Positions 47,085-56,827 of a stretch of DNA of 64,000 nucleotides are shown here, piece by piece. The DNA is from a virus. The number at the start of each line of letters is the position of its first letter. Position 1 is the first letter of the stretch. Under the pieces are notes generated by a model. It did no database searches. It was not told where the DNA came from and was given only the letters and a program-made list of their open reading frames with translations. The translations under genes were made by a program, and so were the position numbers. Location of the stretch: IMG/VR virus record IMGVR_UViG_3300022602_000038, positions 1 through 64,000 of that record. One strand, given 5' to 3'.

Positions 47085-47201
47085 CTAGCGTTTCTTACCC
47101 TTATCTGATCTTTGTTTTCTGTATTTTGGCAATCCTAGCTTACGCATTGACTTCGCCATTGTACCAGAAATGAGAATACTATTTTTAGGTTTATATGCCA
47201 T
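47085..47201 (-). CDS. Tiny basic RSDxG peptide 2
   Basis: Not in track; MAYKPKNSILISGTMAKSMRKLGLPKYRKQRSDKGKKR. Confidence 0.7.
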   Translation of the reverse strand: MAYKPKNSILISGTMAKSMRKLGLPKYRKQRSDKGKKR

Positions 47202-47202
47202 G

Positions 47203-47340
47203 TTACTTTCTTTTTCTACCTTTATCAGAACGAGTGGCCCGTATTGTTTTAGCAACACCTCCACGAGAGCGGTATTCTGCAGCTTTTGATTTACTAATGT
47301 GACCGTTTGGGATGATCACTCCCCATTTATTAGTTGCCAT
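47203..47340 (-). CDS. Tiny basic RSDxG peptide 1
   Basis: Not in track; MATNKWGVIIPNGHISKSKAAEYRSRGGVAKTIRATRSDKGRKRK. Confidence 0.7.
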   Translation of the reverse strand: MATNKWGVIIPNGHISKSKAAEYRSRGGVAKTIRATRSDKGRKRK

Positions 47341-47343
47341 AAA

Positions 47344-47595
47344 TTAACCCTCAAAATCAATTTGATTAAAGTCGTTTTCAGAATCAGCAACTTTCTTTTC
47401 AAACTTTGCAAACTCAAAACCGTTTGCACATTTCTTTGCTGCATCAAACATTTCACCAGGATTGCTAAATCTACCTTTTGCAATCACTTCATTAACACGA
47501 GAGTATAAACTTGCGTCTTTAAATCTAAGGATCTTACCATTTGGAAAGCTAAGGGCATAACTACCTTTGCTTTTAGTTTTAATAATTTTAGCCAT
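47344..47595 (-). CDS. Hypothetical protein
   Basis: 83 aa ORF after minus-strand TTGATT-N17-TATAAT. Confidence 0.65.
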   Translation of the reverse strand: MAKIIKTKSKGSYALSFPNGKILRFKDASLYSRVNEVIAKGRFSNPGEMFDAAKKCANGFEFAKFEKKVADSENDFNQIDFEG

Positions 47596-47655
47596 ATTTT
47601 ATGATATATTATTATAGTATATATTTTTAGGAAATCAACGTAAGTATTGGAATAA

Positions 47656-49419
47656 ATGGCAAAAGCTAAAGACCAGACGTTTTACTTAGGCAATAAAAAC
47701 TTACCTGTACCCGAAACAGAGTTTAAATGGACTCCAGAGATGGTAGAGGACCTAGAACGAGCACGCAAGTCCATTTTACATTTTGCTAGGTTTTTCTATA
47801 TTGTTAATCTCGACGAAGGTAAACAACCAATCAAGCTTTACAATTATCAGAAACGTATACTTAAAGCGTTGGTAGAGAATAGGTTCAATGTAGTACTAGC
47901 TTCTAGACAGATTGGTAAAACAACCATATTAACCATATTTGCATTATGGATGATATGCTTTATGGATGATTATAGAGTACTACTAATTGCTAATAAAGAA
48001 GGTACTGCTATTAACATCTTTAAACGTATTAGATTGGCGTATGAAATGTTACCAAATTTTTTAAAACCTGGTGTTGTTAATTATGCTAAAACAGGGTTGG
48101 AATTAGCCAACGGTAGTTCAATTGGTATTAGTACTACAACGTCTGATGCTGCCAGAGGTGAGTCCATTAACTGTCTATTAATTGACGAAGCTGCGTTTAT
48201 TCCTGCTGAGTTTATGAATGACTTTTGGGAATCAGTATTTCCTGTAATTTCGTCTTCTAAGAAATCTAAAATCTTTATGTTATCTACACCTAACGGGGTA
48301 GGTAATTTGTTTTATAACATATATACAGAAGCTGTAAAAGGAGAGAGTGGGTGGCATCAAGAACGTGTAGATTGGTGGGAGGTTCCTGGTAGAGATGAAA
48401 AATGGAAAGAAATGACGATGAAAGCTCTTGGTTCTGCTGAAGCATTTAATCAAGAGTACGGCAACGAATTTAGAGCAGCAGGTGAAAACGCTTTTGATAA
48501 AGAACAGTTTGATGAAATGGAAGCTAATGCTATAGAACCTATTTTAATGGATGATGACGGTACATATCGTATTTTTAAAGACAGACAAGCATTTCATTTC
48601 TATACAATAGGCGTTGATATTGGAGAGGGTATTGGTAGGTCTAACTCTGTTATACAAGTAGTGGATATTACGGATTTAACTAACATAGAACAAGTTGCTG
48701 TATATGCTAATAATAAACTAGACCCTCATAATTTCGCAACAAAACTAGTAGATATAGCTAGAGAGTGGGGGTCTCCTCCTTTATTAGTCGAACGCAATAA
48801 TTGCGGTGCACAAGTAATAGACGCTTTAGTGCATACTCACCATTATGAAAGTATTATAAAGTACACTCCAAGTATGGGTACATTTACTGATAAAATAGAT
48901 AAAGAAAACCGTTTAGGTGTATTCTCCCACACTAACAGTAAATTCAATTCAATGGCTAATTTTAGGTACTGGATGAATGTGTTACGTTGTTTAAAAATAT
49001 ACGATAAACCTACATTACAGGAATTTAAAACCTATATAAGACAAGCAAACGGGGTATGGAAAAAACAATCTGATAGGTATTTAGATGATAGAGTAGAAGC
49101 TTTAATTTGGGCATTATTTGCTTTAGATAGTAAAGTAGTAGAACAATTTTATGAAGTTACTGAAAAAGACGGTACAGGGAAGCCTTTAAAAGTTAAACCA
49201 TATAATTTTGATCCGTATGAGGCTAATGCTCCTAAACTTGATACAGTATATAATAAACTTTCAAACGGTAAAATAAAAGACGAACAAAATATTCGTAACC
49301 CTGCTTTTTTTGCTTCTAAAGGAGAAGACAATAGCGATTTAGAAGACCTAAAAGCACAGGGCTGGAAAGTACCTAACTATGATAGTGCATCAGGTAGGTT
49401 TGGTGGTTTTATAATGTAA
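47656..49419 (+). CDS. terL: Terminase large subunit (T4 gp17-like)
   Basis: YQ, SRQIGKT Walker A, LLIDEAAFI Walker B, STPNG, FNQEY, GVDIGEG, ERNN, DDRV. Confidence 0.95.
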   Translation: MAKAKDQTFYLGNKNLPVPETEFKWTPEMVEDLERARKSILHFARFFYIVNLDEGKQPIKLYNYQKRILKALVENRFNVVLASRQIGKTTILTIFALWMICFMDDYRVLLIANKEGTAINIFKRIRLAYEMLPNFLKPGVVNYAKTGLELANGSSIGISTTTSDAARGESINCLLIDEAAFIPAEFMNDFWESVFPVISSSKKSKIFMLSTPNGVGNLFYNIYTEAVKGESGWHQERVDWWEVPGRDEKWKEMTMKALGSAEAFNQEYGNEFRAAGENAFDKEQFDEMEANAIEPILMDDDGTYRIFKDRQAFHFYTIGVDIGEGIGRSNSVIQVVDITDLTNIEQVAVYANNKLDPHNFATKLVDIAREWGSPPLLVERNNCGAQVIDALVHTHHYESIIKYTPSMGTFTDKIDKENRLGVFSHTNSKFNSMANFRYWMNVLRCLKIYDKPTLQEFKTYIRQANGVWKKQSDRYLDDRVEALIWALFALDSKVVEQFYEVTEKDGTGKPLKVKPYNFDPYEANAPKLDTVYNKLSNGKIKDEQNIRNPAFFASKGEDNSDLEDLKAQGWKVPNYDSASGRFGGFIM

Positions 49420-49423
49420 CAAT

Positions 49424-49451
49424 AAAAAAGCCCGTTGTTTCCAACGGGCTT
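49424..49451 (-). terminator. Intrinsic terminator between convergent genes
   Basis: aaaaaagcccgttg-tttc-caacgggctt. Confidence 0.75.
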
Positions 49452-49473
49452 GCAATTGTACTATGTCTAAATC

Positions 49474-50535
49474 TTATCCGAAAAGATCTTCACCGACTTT
49501 TGGCTCTTTGGTAGCACCAGCAGTGAACTTCTTAGTGTTCTGAAGTTTGTTCTTATTACCATGAAGTGCAGATTCATCACCTTCTACTTCTTTTGGTTCT
49601 GGCTCGTTGCGTAACTTACCATCTACTGCTTTACCAGCACCAGTGGTCTTTGCTGCACCTTTTGAACCAACAACAACTGGCTTACTAACTGCATCTGGGT
49701 TACCTTTCTTTAAGGAACCATTAGCTTTAGTAAGAACGTGACCTTCGTCTTCAGCATCTACGTCTTCAGCGATTGTGTCTTCTTCCTCTTCTTCAGTGGA
49801 ACCAGCAATCTCTTGATCTTCGTCGCCGAGATCTCCGTGAGCTGTATCAACTTCTTTATCCTTCTTGAGGAATGCTAAAAGTTTTTCGCAAGCTTCAATA
49901 GCTTCTTCATGCGTGAAGTTTTCTTCTTCACCACCGACTTGATCTTCTGCACCATCAGCTGCTGCATCTGTAGCATCCATTGGTTCATGTTGATCAGTTG
50001 GAAGGGTTGCATCATCTGCTTCATCTTCCATGTTTTCATTGAATGGAGCGCGCTGAATAGCGGCTTCGTAATAGATATCGAATTTTGATTTTGACATAGT
50101 AAACTTTGGTTTGTAATTATATTTATTGTTCTCGTGTACAGAATTCCCTACTTTTTCTTCAGAAGTTGTAAGTTTTGCATTATCCATTTCTTTTTCGTTG
50201 GTTTCAGCATTATCTTCATGTTCTTCTTCTTTCTTCATTGTTGCTTTATCTGAACCAGGATCTTGTAACTTATCAACCTTTTTAAAGTTATTTCCTTTAA
50301 GACCCTCAGGTCCACTCTTTGGACGTAATGGGGATACATCTTTTCCATCTACTTTTTTAGTGCCAGGACCACCACCCATTGCACTACCTGGTTTAACTAA
50401 TTCCTCATTTAAGTAATGGGTAGTATCAGTTAAGAGAACCTCATTTTGATTGTTTTCTACAACCACATTTGAGCGTTCTTCATTGGCAATATCACTGTAT
50501 ATATTACCTAGGTCGGAAAAGTTTTTAATCTTCAT
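49474..50535 (-). CDS. Acidic low-complexity late protein, possible prohead core/scaffold component
   Basis: TAAATA 50545-50550 (-); many hydrophobic-x-E sites (YLNEE, VHE, FNE, IAE); next to terL. Confidence 0.6.
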   Translation of the reverse strand: MKIKNFSDLGNIYSDIANEERSNVVVENNQNEVLLTDTTHYLNEELVKPGSAMGGGPGTKKVDGKDVSPLRPKSGPEGLKGNNFKKVDKLQDPGSDKATMKKEEEHEDNAETNEKEMDNAKLTTSEEKVGNSVHENNKYNYKPKFTMSKSKFDIYYEAAIQRAPFNENMEDEADDATLPTDQHEPMDATDAAADGAEDQVGGEEENFTHEEAIEACEKLLAFLKKDKEVDTAHGDLGDEDQEIAGSTEEEEEDTIAEDVDAEDEGHVLTKANGSLKKGNPDAVSKPVVVGSKGAAKTTGAGKAVDGKLRNEPEPKEVEGDESALHGNKNKLQNTKKFTAGATKEPKVGEDLFG

Positions 50536-50592
50536 TATCAATATTATTTAGTATATCTATCTTTATTTCTACATATTATAGTAAATATTTCC

Positions 50593-51630
50593 GTGGCTTC
50601 GCCTTATATATCACAATATTGTATAGATACTGGTACTTATGTAGCTCCTGGAACAGTAGGACCAACAGTGAGTGGCGGGTATGAATGTACTGTAGGACCA
50701 ATAAGAGTTTTAGATGTAGCAGACAACGCTTCTCAAATAGCTTTATTTAATAGTTGGTGGAAAGAACAAATTAATATGTTCGGACAGCAAATTAACTATT
50801 ATATTAATGGTTATAACTTATCCGCCCATGATTATTTTTACGGTGAACAGCCTTTAGTACAATATGCTCCACCTATCCCGATGGTAATGGCTATTACTGT
50901 TAGTAATGACAATGCTATATTAAGTAGGTTTGGTTTAGAAGGGCAAGCAGATTTAACAGCATTAATAGCTATAAACACTTTTACATCAACAGTTACTGCA
51001 GTAAGTGGTGCACTTTCAGCAGCCAATTACGAACCGAAATCCGGAGATCTTATTGAGTTATCTGAATACGGATCTACTAGACCGAATGGTAGAAGCGGTC
51101 AGATATATGAAATAACGGAACGTTTGGATCAAAGCGGTAGTGAAGAAGCAAATCAATTGTTAGGGCATTATATATGGACTATAAAAGCTAAACGCTTTGA
51201 TTACAATTACGAAATTAATGCACCTCGTGAAAAGCTTATGGATCAAGTATATGATAATAAGTTTGACGGTACAGTTAATAACTTACCTAAAGTACTTGAA
51301 ACAAAAGTATATACTCAATTTGTTGATAAAGACTCTGAACAGGTATTTGATTACAGAGATAACACGGATGCAAATACAAGTGTATACGGAGATTACGATG
51401 ATCAAAACTCTCTTGTACGTCTTATTGGTGTAACAAATTCGTCTGGTGCTAATACAGGTGCATTAGCTGCTTCCGGTTCATATGTAGTAGCAAACAGTCC
51501 AAGCAACTATATTTCTTCTTCTAACCAAGCTATAAGCATTGCAAATGCAAATCAAACCCAATTAACACTTCTTACTGCTTTACTATCGAGTAATCCTGCT
51601 CTAAGTGCTCTACAAGTGCTATCTATTTAA
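50593..51630 (+). CDS. Neck/head-completion protein, T4 gp14-like
   Basis: EQI.MFG..I.Y, D.FYGE, LSRFGL, PK.GDLI, YEI. Confidence 0.65.
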   Translation: MASPYISQYCIDTGTYVAPGTVGPTVSGGYECTVGPIRVLDVADNASQIALFNSWWKEQINMFGQQINYYINGYNLSAHDYFYGEQPLVQYAPPIPMVMAITVSNDNAILSRFGLEGQADLTALIAINTFTSTVTAVSGALSAANYEPKSGDLIELSEYGSTRPNGRSGQIYEITERLDQSGSEEANQLLGHYIWTIKAKRFDYNYEINAPREKLMDQVYDNKFDGTVNNLPKVLETKVYTQFVDKDSEQVFDYRDNTDANTSVYGDYDDQNSLVRLIGVTNSSGANTGALAASGSYVVANSPSNYISSSNQAISIANANQTQLTLLTALLSSNPALSALQVLSI

Positions 51631-51658
51631 TAACCTCTTCTATAAGTATTTAAATTAA

Positions 51659-53677
51659 ATGTCCTCAGATACGCCTAACTATATTTATCCGCACGAGTTA
51701 CCGTCAGCAACTCCGCTACCTTATGATTTAATATATTTAGAACAGCCTAATTCAGACGGCACTTATTCTTCTTATAGTACTTCCCTTTCTGCACTTTCAG
51801 CGGCCGGGTTTGTTGGACCGCAAGGTGTTTCTGGTTATTCCGGTTATTCTGGTTTAGGTCTATCTGGTTATTCTGGTTTTAGTGGTTTTAGTGGTTCCGG
51901 GGTTTCTGGTTATAGTGGTTATAGCGGGCAACCCGGTGCAGGAGCTGCTTCTGGTTATTCCGGTATAAGCGGTTATTCTGGTATTTCTGGTTACTCAAGT
52001 TACTCTGGTTACTCTGGTATTTCAGGCTTTAGCGGTATTAGTGGTTATAGTGGTATAAGCGGTTATTCAGGTATTTCAGGCTTTAGTGGTATTAGTGGTT
52101 ACTCCGGTTATAGTGGTATTTCTGGCTACAGTGGTTATTCAGGCTATAGCGGTATAAGTGGTTACGTTGGTATTTCAGGTTATAGCGGTATTAGTGGCTA
52201 CTCTGGTTATTCTGGCCAGTCAGGTTTTAGTGGTATAAGTGGTTGGTCTGGTTATTCTGGCTGGTCGGGCATTTCTGGTTATTCTGGTACTTCTGGCTAT
52301 AGTGGTTGGAGTGGGTACTCAGGTATTAGCGGTTATTCAGGCTTCTCTGGCTACAGCGGCTACAGCGGTATTTCTGGCTACTCAGGTTATTCTGGTCAAT
52401 CAGGTTTTAGTGGTATTAGTGGTTACAGTGGTACGAGTGGTTATAGTGGTACGAGTGGTTATAGCGGCACAAGCGGGTTTAGCGGTTGGTCCGGTATTTC
52501 AGGTTTCTCTGGAGTAGAACCTACATTTTCAAGTAATATAGTTGTTAATATTTCTGCAGGTTATTTCGGTCAATACTCTAACGGTATGACAATACCGGCA
52601 GCTGGCTTAACACCATCTCAAGTCATATTACTTGCTTGTCAACAACAAATACCTCCAACAGCTAGCATATCTTCTTCTACAACTATAGCATTTAATCAAA
52701 CTTCAATTAGTAACGTAATAAACTTTGGTTATACACTTAATAGTTTAGGAGCTACAGCTTTATCTGGTACATTATATTATAGAAGAAATAGTTCTGGTTC
52801 ATATGCAGTATTATTAAGCGGTACACCAGCAATATCTGCAACAAGTATGTCTTATACTCATACTTTAACAGATACGAATTATAATACTCAAAATTTTCAA
52901 TATCAATATACATTTGTAGATTCTAACAATCAATCTGCTACACCGGTTACAAAAACAATAACCCCTACATCTTATGTCAACCCTACTGTATCGTTGTCGG
53001 TAGTAGCAGCAAGCGGAACAACTTCTCCAGAAACAAACGCTTCAAGAGAATTAGGTAATATAGCTTCTACTATTACCGGTACTATAACTAATAACAATAA
53101 TAGCACATATGTACCATTAAGTGCATATGTACTACAATATAATGTTAATGGTGGTAGTTATACAAACTTAACTTCTGCAATATCAATAGGTCCTGGTACA
53201 TCATCAATGACCTCGTTTACACATAACGCTCCAACGTTAAGTGCTTCTACATCTATTGCATACCGTTTAGCAGTATACGACTCATATCAAAATTACATTT
53301 CAAGTAGTGTCGCGACTGGTACAAACACAGTAAACTTCTACACCTTAGTATGGTATGGACCTACTTCAGTGTTACCGGTCAATACAGCTAATATTAGAGC
53401 TTTACCTAGCAAATCATTTATAAGTGGTTTAGCTAATCCGTTTAACTTAGTAACAGGCACCACATACGACACGTTTACAGTTGCGTTCCCAAGCCCGCAT
53501 ACAATTACTCAAGTAATTGATACTGGTAACTTAAATGCTAATATTACTTCTAGTTATGTATTATCGGCTTGGAGCGTTAACAGTTATAACTTAGTACCTG
53601 TCACGTACAATGTATATACATTGTCTAACGCTACTCCATATTCACCATCGACTACACATCAAATTACGTGGTCTTAA
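51659..53677 (+). CDS. (Gly-X-Ser)n repeat fibre/structural protein
   Basis: TATAAGTA 51641; about 230 aa SGY/SGI/SGF triplets followed by beta-rich domains. Confidence 0.8.
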   Translation: MSSDTPNYIYPHELPSATPLPYDLIYLEQPNSDGTYSSYSTSLSALSAAGFVGPQGVSGYSGYSGLGLSGYSGFSGFSGSGVSGYSGYSGQPGAGAASGYSGISGYSGISGYSSYSGYSGISGFSGISGYSGISGYSGISGFSGISGYSGYSGISGYSGYSGYSGISGYVGISGYSGISGYSGYSGQSGFSGISGWSGYSGWSGISGYSGTSGYSGWSGYSGISGYSGFSGYSGYSGISGYSGYSGQSGFSGISGYSGTSGYSGTSGYSGTSGFSGWSGISGFSGVEPTFSSNIVVNISAGYFGQYSNGMTIPAAGLTPSQVILLACQQQIPPTASISSSTTIAFNQTSISNVINFGYTLNSLGATALSGTLYYRRNSSGSYAVLLSGTPAISATSMSYTHTLTDTNYNTQNFQYQYTFVDSNNQSATPVTKTITPTSYVNPTVSLSVVAASGTTSPETNASRELGNIASTITGTITNNNNSTYVPLSAYVLQYNVNGGSYTNLTSAISIGPGTSSMTSFTHNAPTLSASTSIAYRLAVYDSYQNYISSSVATGTNTVNFYTLVWYGPTSVLPVNTANIRALPSKSFISGLANPFNLVTGTTYDTFTVAFPSPHTITQVIDTGNLNANITSSYVLSAWSVNSYNLVPVTYNVYTLSNATPYSPSTTHQITWS

Positions 53678-53691
53678 TAAATATTTAAAAA

Positions 53692-55617
53692 ATGTCTTTA
53701 ACAACAGGCCTACAACTTCCATACGGTATACAACCAGTTGACCCACTACCGGTTGATACGTGGTCAGGTCCTTATACAGGCGCAACTGTTACAGCAGCAC
53801 TTTCAGCTGCAAATGCAACTATACCGTCTGGTGTAAGGTTCCAGTCCATGCAAGTACGGCTTATTGTAGCTGGTACACCTTATATATATTGGTACTATGC
53901 AGGTATAGCAGATACTAACTTAGTTTTATTTCCTGGTGTTAATGTACCTAATTTAACTAACGGTTCTTATACTTTTCAATTAAGTGCTACTGCTCTTTCT
54001 GGTGGTGCAATAATATGGCCTGATGGTACTGTACAATATACAGCTGCAACAGGTATATCTGGTTACTCAGGCTATTCAGGTACAAGTGGCTACTCTGGTA
54101 TAAGTGGTTATAGCGGTGTATCTGGTTACTCTGGTATAAGTGGTTATTCTAGCTACTCTGGTTATTCTGGTATCTCAGGATTTTCTGGCATAAGTGGTTA
54201 TAGCGGTTACTCTGGTATAAGCGGCTATAGTGGTTATTCAGGCATTTCAGGCTATTCTGGTACATCAGGTTATTCCGGTTATTCCGGTATATCAGGTTAT
54301 AGTGGGTTATCTGGTTTTAGTGGTATTTCAGGTTACAGCGGTATAAGTGGTTATTCTGGTTATTCCGGCTATAGCGGTATTTCCGGCTACTCAGGTTATT
54401 CTGGTCAGTCAGGTTTTAGTGGTATCTCTGGCTACTCAGGTATAAGTGGCTACTCTGGTTGGTCTGGTATTTCAGGTTATTCAGGCGTATCAGGTTATTC
54501 TGGTATATCTGGTTACAGTGGTTATTCTGGTATTTCCGGTTACTCAGGCATTTCTGGTTATAGTGGTTATTCAGGCATTTCTGGTTATTCAGGCATTTCC
54601 GGGTATAGCGGTATAAGTGGTTACTCCGGTTATAGCGGTATATCTGGCTATAGTGGTTACTCTGGTATATCTGGCTATAGCGGTATTTCAGGTTATTCAG
54701 GTATAAGTGGTTATTCAGGCTATAGTGGTATAAGCGGTTACTCTGGTATCTCTGGTTACAGTGGCTATAGCGGTGTATCAGGTTACTCTGGTATCTCTGG
54801 TTACAGTGGTTACTCAGGCATTAGTGGTTACAGCGGCATCTCTGGTTATAGTGGTATATCTGGTTACAGTGGTTACTCTGGTATTTCAGGTTACTCAGGT
54901 ATATCAGGCTTTAGCGGTATAAGCGGTTACTCTGGTATCTCTGGTTACAGTGGTACATCTATTAATATTTCTAGCCAGGTAATTACATATAGTAATTCAT
55001 TTAGCGCTGGACAAGTAGTACGTTTAGATAATACCGCTGGTAACTGGTATCTTGCAAAAGCAGATAACGCAACAGATGCTGAGTCTACTGGCGTGGTTCA
55101 ATCAGCTACATCTTCAAATTTCTTAATTGTATATGACGGTTTAATTACAGGTTTAACTGGCTTAACGCCAGGAGAATGTTATTATTTAAGTGATGTAACA
55201 GCTGGTGCTACTGTAACATATTCTCCAAGCGCGTACGGCACTGTTTCAAAACCGATTATGCGCGCTATTACTTCTACTACCGCATTAGTAGTTAATGAGC
55301 GTGGTATACAAAACTCTGCAGTTACTTCTTATAGAGTCCCAACAACATCAGTTTCTTTATCAGCATATACTGTACAAGCAAGTGACTATTATGTTGGAGT
55401 AAATTACAACGGATTAGCTTTAATTCAATTACCAGTAGGTATAACCGGTACAACTTATATTATTAAAGACGAGTCTGGTTTGTTAAATGGTACAACAAAT
55501 GCAATTACTGTATCTGCAACAACGCCAAATAGAATAGATGCTTTAACTCAGGCAAACTTAGTTGGACCACATGCATGTCTAACTCTTATATTTAACAATC
55601 AATGGAACTTAACATAA
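53692..55617 (+). CDS. (Gly-X-Ser)n repeat fibre/structural protein
   Basis: About 300 aa triplet tract; LAKAD...GVV...G.ITGLTG...YYLSD..AG domain. Confidence 0.8.
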   Translation: MSLTTGLQLPYGIQPVDPLPVDTWSGPYTGATVTAALSAANATIPSGVRFQSMQVRLIVAGTPYIYWYYAGIADTNLVLFPGVNVPNLTNGSYTFQLSATALSGGAIIWPDGTVQYTAATGISGYSGYSGTSGYSGISGYSGVSGYSGISGYSSYSGYSGISGFSGISGYSGYSGISGYSGYSGISGYSGTSGYSGYSGISGYSGLSGFSGISGYSGISGYSGYSGYSGISGYSGYSGQSGFSGISGYSGISGYSGWSGISGYSGVSGYSGISGYSGYSGISGYSGISGYSGYSGISGYSGISGYSGISGYSGYSGISGYSGYSGISGYSGISGYSGISGYSGYSGISGYSGISGYSGYSGVSGYSGISGYSGYSGISGYSGISGYSGISGYSGYSGISGYSGISGFSGISGYSGISGYSGTSINISSQVITYSNSFSAGQVVRLDNTAGNWYLAKADNATDAESTGVVQSATSSNFLIVYDGLITGLTGLTPGECYYLSDVTAGATVTYSPSAYGTVSKPIMRAITSTTALVVNERGIQNSAVTSYRVPTTSVSLSAYTVQASDYYVGVNYNGLALIQLPVGITGTTYIIKDESGLLNGTTNAITVSATTPNRIDALTQANLVGPHACLTLIFNNQWNLT

Positions 55618-55618
55618 A

Positions 55619-56818
55619 ATGAGTTATAACTATTTTCAAGAAACATTAGTACCTTCAACAAGTGCCTGGTCTATAGGTACAGTTAGCAGACCATTTAAAG
55701 ATATTTGGTTAGGTTACGGTTCTCTTAATTTAGCTAATGTTAATACAGGAGCATCTGGTATTGCGTTAGATAATACTAATAACATTCTTACATTAGCACA
55801 GGGCAGTGCAGGGTTTCAAATAATAGACCCGTACAGTAATACAATATTTCAAACTACAAGCGCAGGTCAGACTACATTATATACTTCCCAAGCTTCAGCT
55901 GGTACGTTAGGCGCTTTTGCAGTTGTTGGTAGCGGTAACCGTACTACACAAGTAGTAACTAACCCCGGTGTAATGTTTCATGTCACTGGTAACGATAATT
56001 TAAATAATCGTATAATATATGATGCTTTCGGTTCAAGTGGTAGTGTTAATGTATTCCCTCAACTTATTGGACGTAGTGCTAGAGGTTCAGCAACAACCCC
56101 TACAAATGTATTATCTGGAGATGTTCTTTTTAGAATAACAGCAAACGGGTATAATGCTTTAAGCGGCTTTACAAACCCATCTGGTGGTACTAGTAGCCCG
56201 TCAACTATAGAATGCGTAGCTACAGAGCCGTTTAGTGGTTCTTCTGTTGGTACAGAATGGCACATTTATAATGCTACAAAAGGAGATACATCAAATACAA
56301 AAACTCTTGATTTAATCATTAATGATAAAGGTGTAACAGTACCTGTAGCAAGCGCTGGCATTACATTTGGAGACGGATCATTTCAAAATACAGCATTTAA
56401 TGCAGTTTCCGGAACGTGGGTACCGCAATTATCTGCAGCAACAAACGGCACTGGGTTTAAGTATAATATGTCTAGTACTACAGGTAATTATTATAAAACC
56501 GGACGTAGTGTATTTGCAACATTTTCTATAGTTGTTTCATCTACAGACACCGCAAGCGGACAGGTATATTTGACTAATTTACCTTTTCCGGTAGTTAATG
56601 GTAGTGGTGTTTGGGGAACATTAAGCGTGTACCGGTACGGAAATATGTCTACATCTGTATCTCAAATAGAAGGTGGTAATGAAGGTAACGCACAAGACTT
56701 CACTTTATATTATCAAGATACTGGTCCTGGTGCAGGTGGCGTTAACGGTCTTACAGTAGCACAATTTACAAGTACATCCTTCTTATATGGATCTATGACT
56801 TACATCAGTCAAACCTAA
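55619..56818 (+). CDS. Tail-fibre-like structural protein
   Basis: RSARGS.T.PT.V.SGD.L, GITFGDGSFQNTA, GTWVP....G.YYKTG..V motifs. Confidence 0.7.
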   Translation: MSYNYFQETLVPSTSAWSIGTVSRPFKDIWLGYGSLNLANVNTGASGIALDNTNNILTLAQGSAGFQIIDPYSNTIFQTTSAGQTTLYTSQASAGTLGAFAVVGSGNRTTQVVTNPGVMFHVTGNDNLNNRIIYDAFGSSGSVNVFPQLIGRSARGSATTPTNVLSGDVLFRITANGYNALSGFTNPSGGTSSPSTIECVATEPFSGSSVGTEWHIYNATKGDTSNTKTLDLIINDKGVTVPVASAGITFGDGSFQNTAFNAVSGTWVPQLSAATNGTGFKYNMSSTTGNYYKTGRSVFATFSIVVSSTDTASGQVYLTNLPFPVVNGSGVWGTLSVYRYGNMSTSVSQIEGGNEGNAQDFTLYYQDTGPGAGGVNGLTVAQFTSTSFLYGSMTYISQT

Positions 56819-56827
56819 GTATAATCA

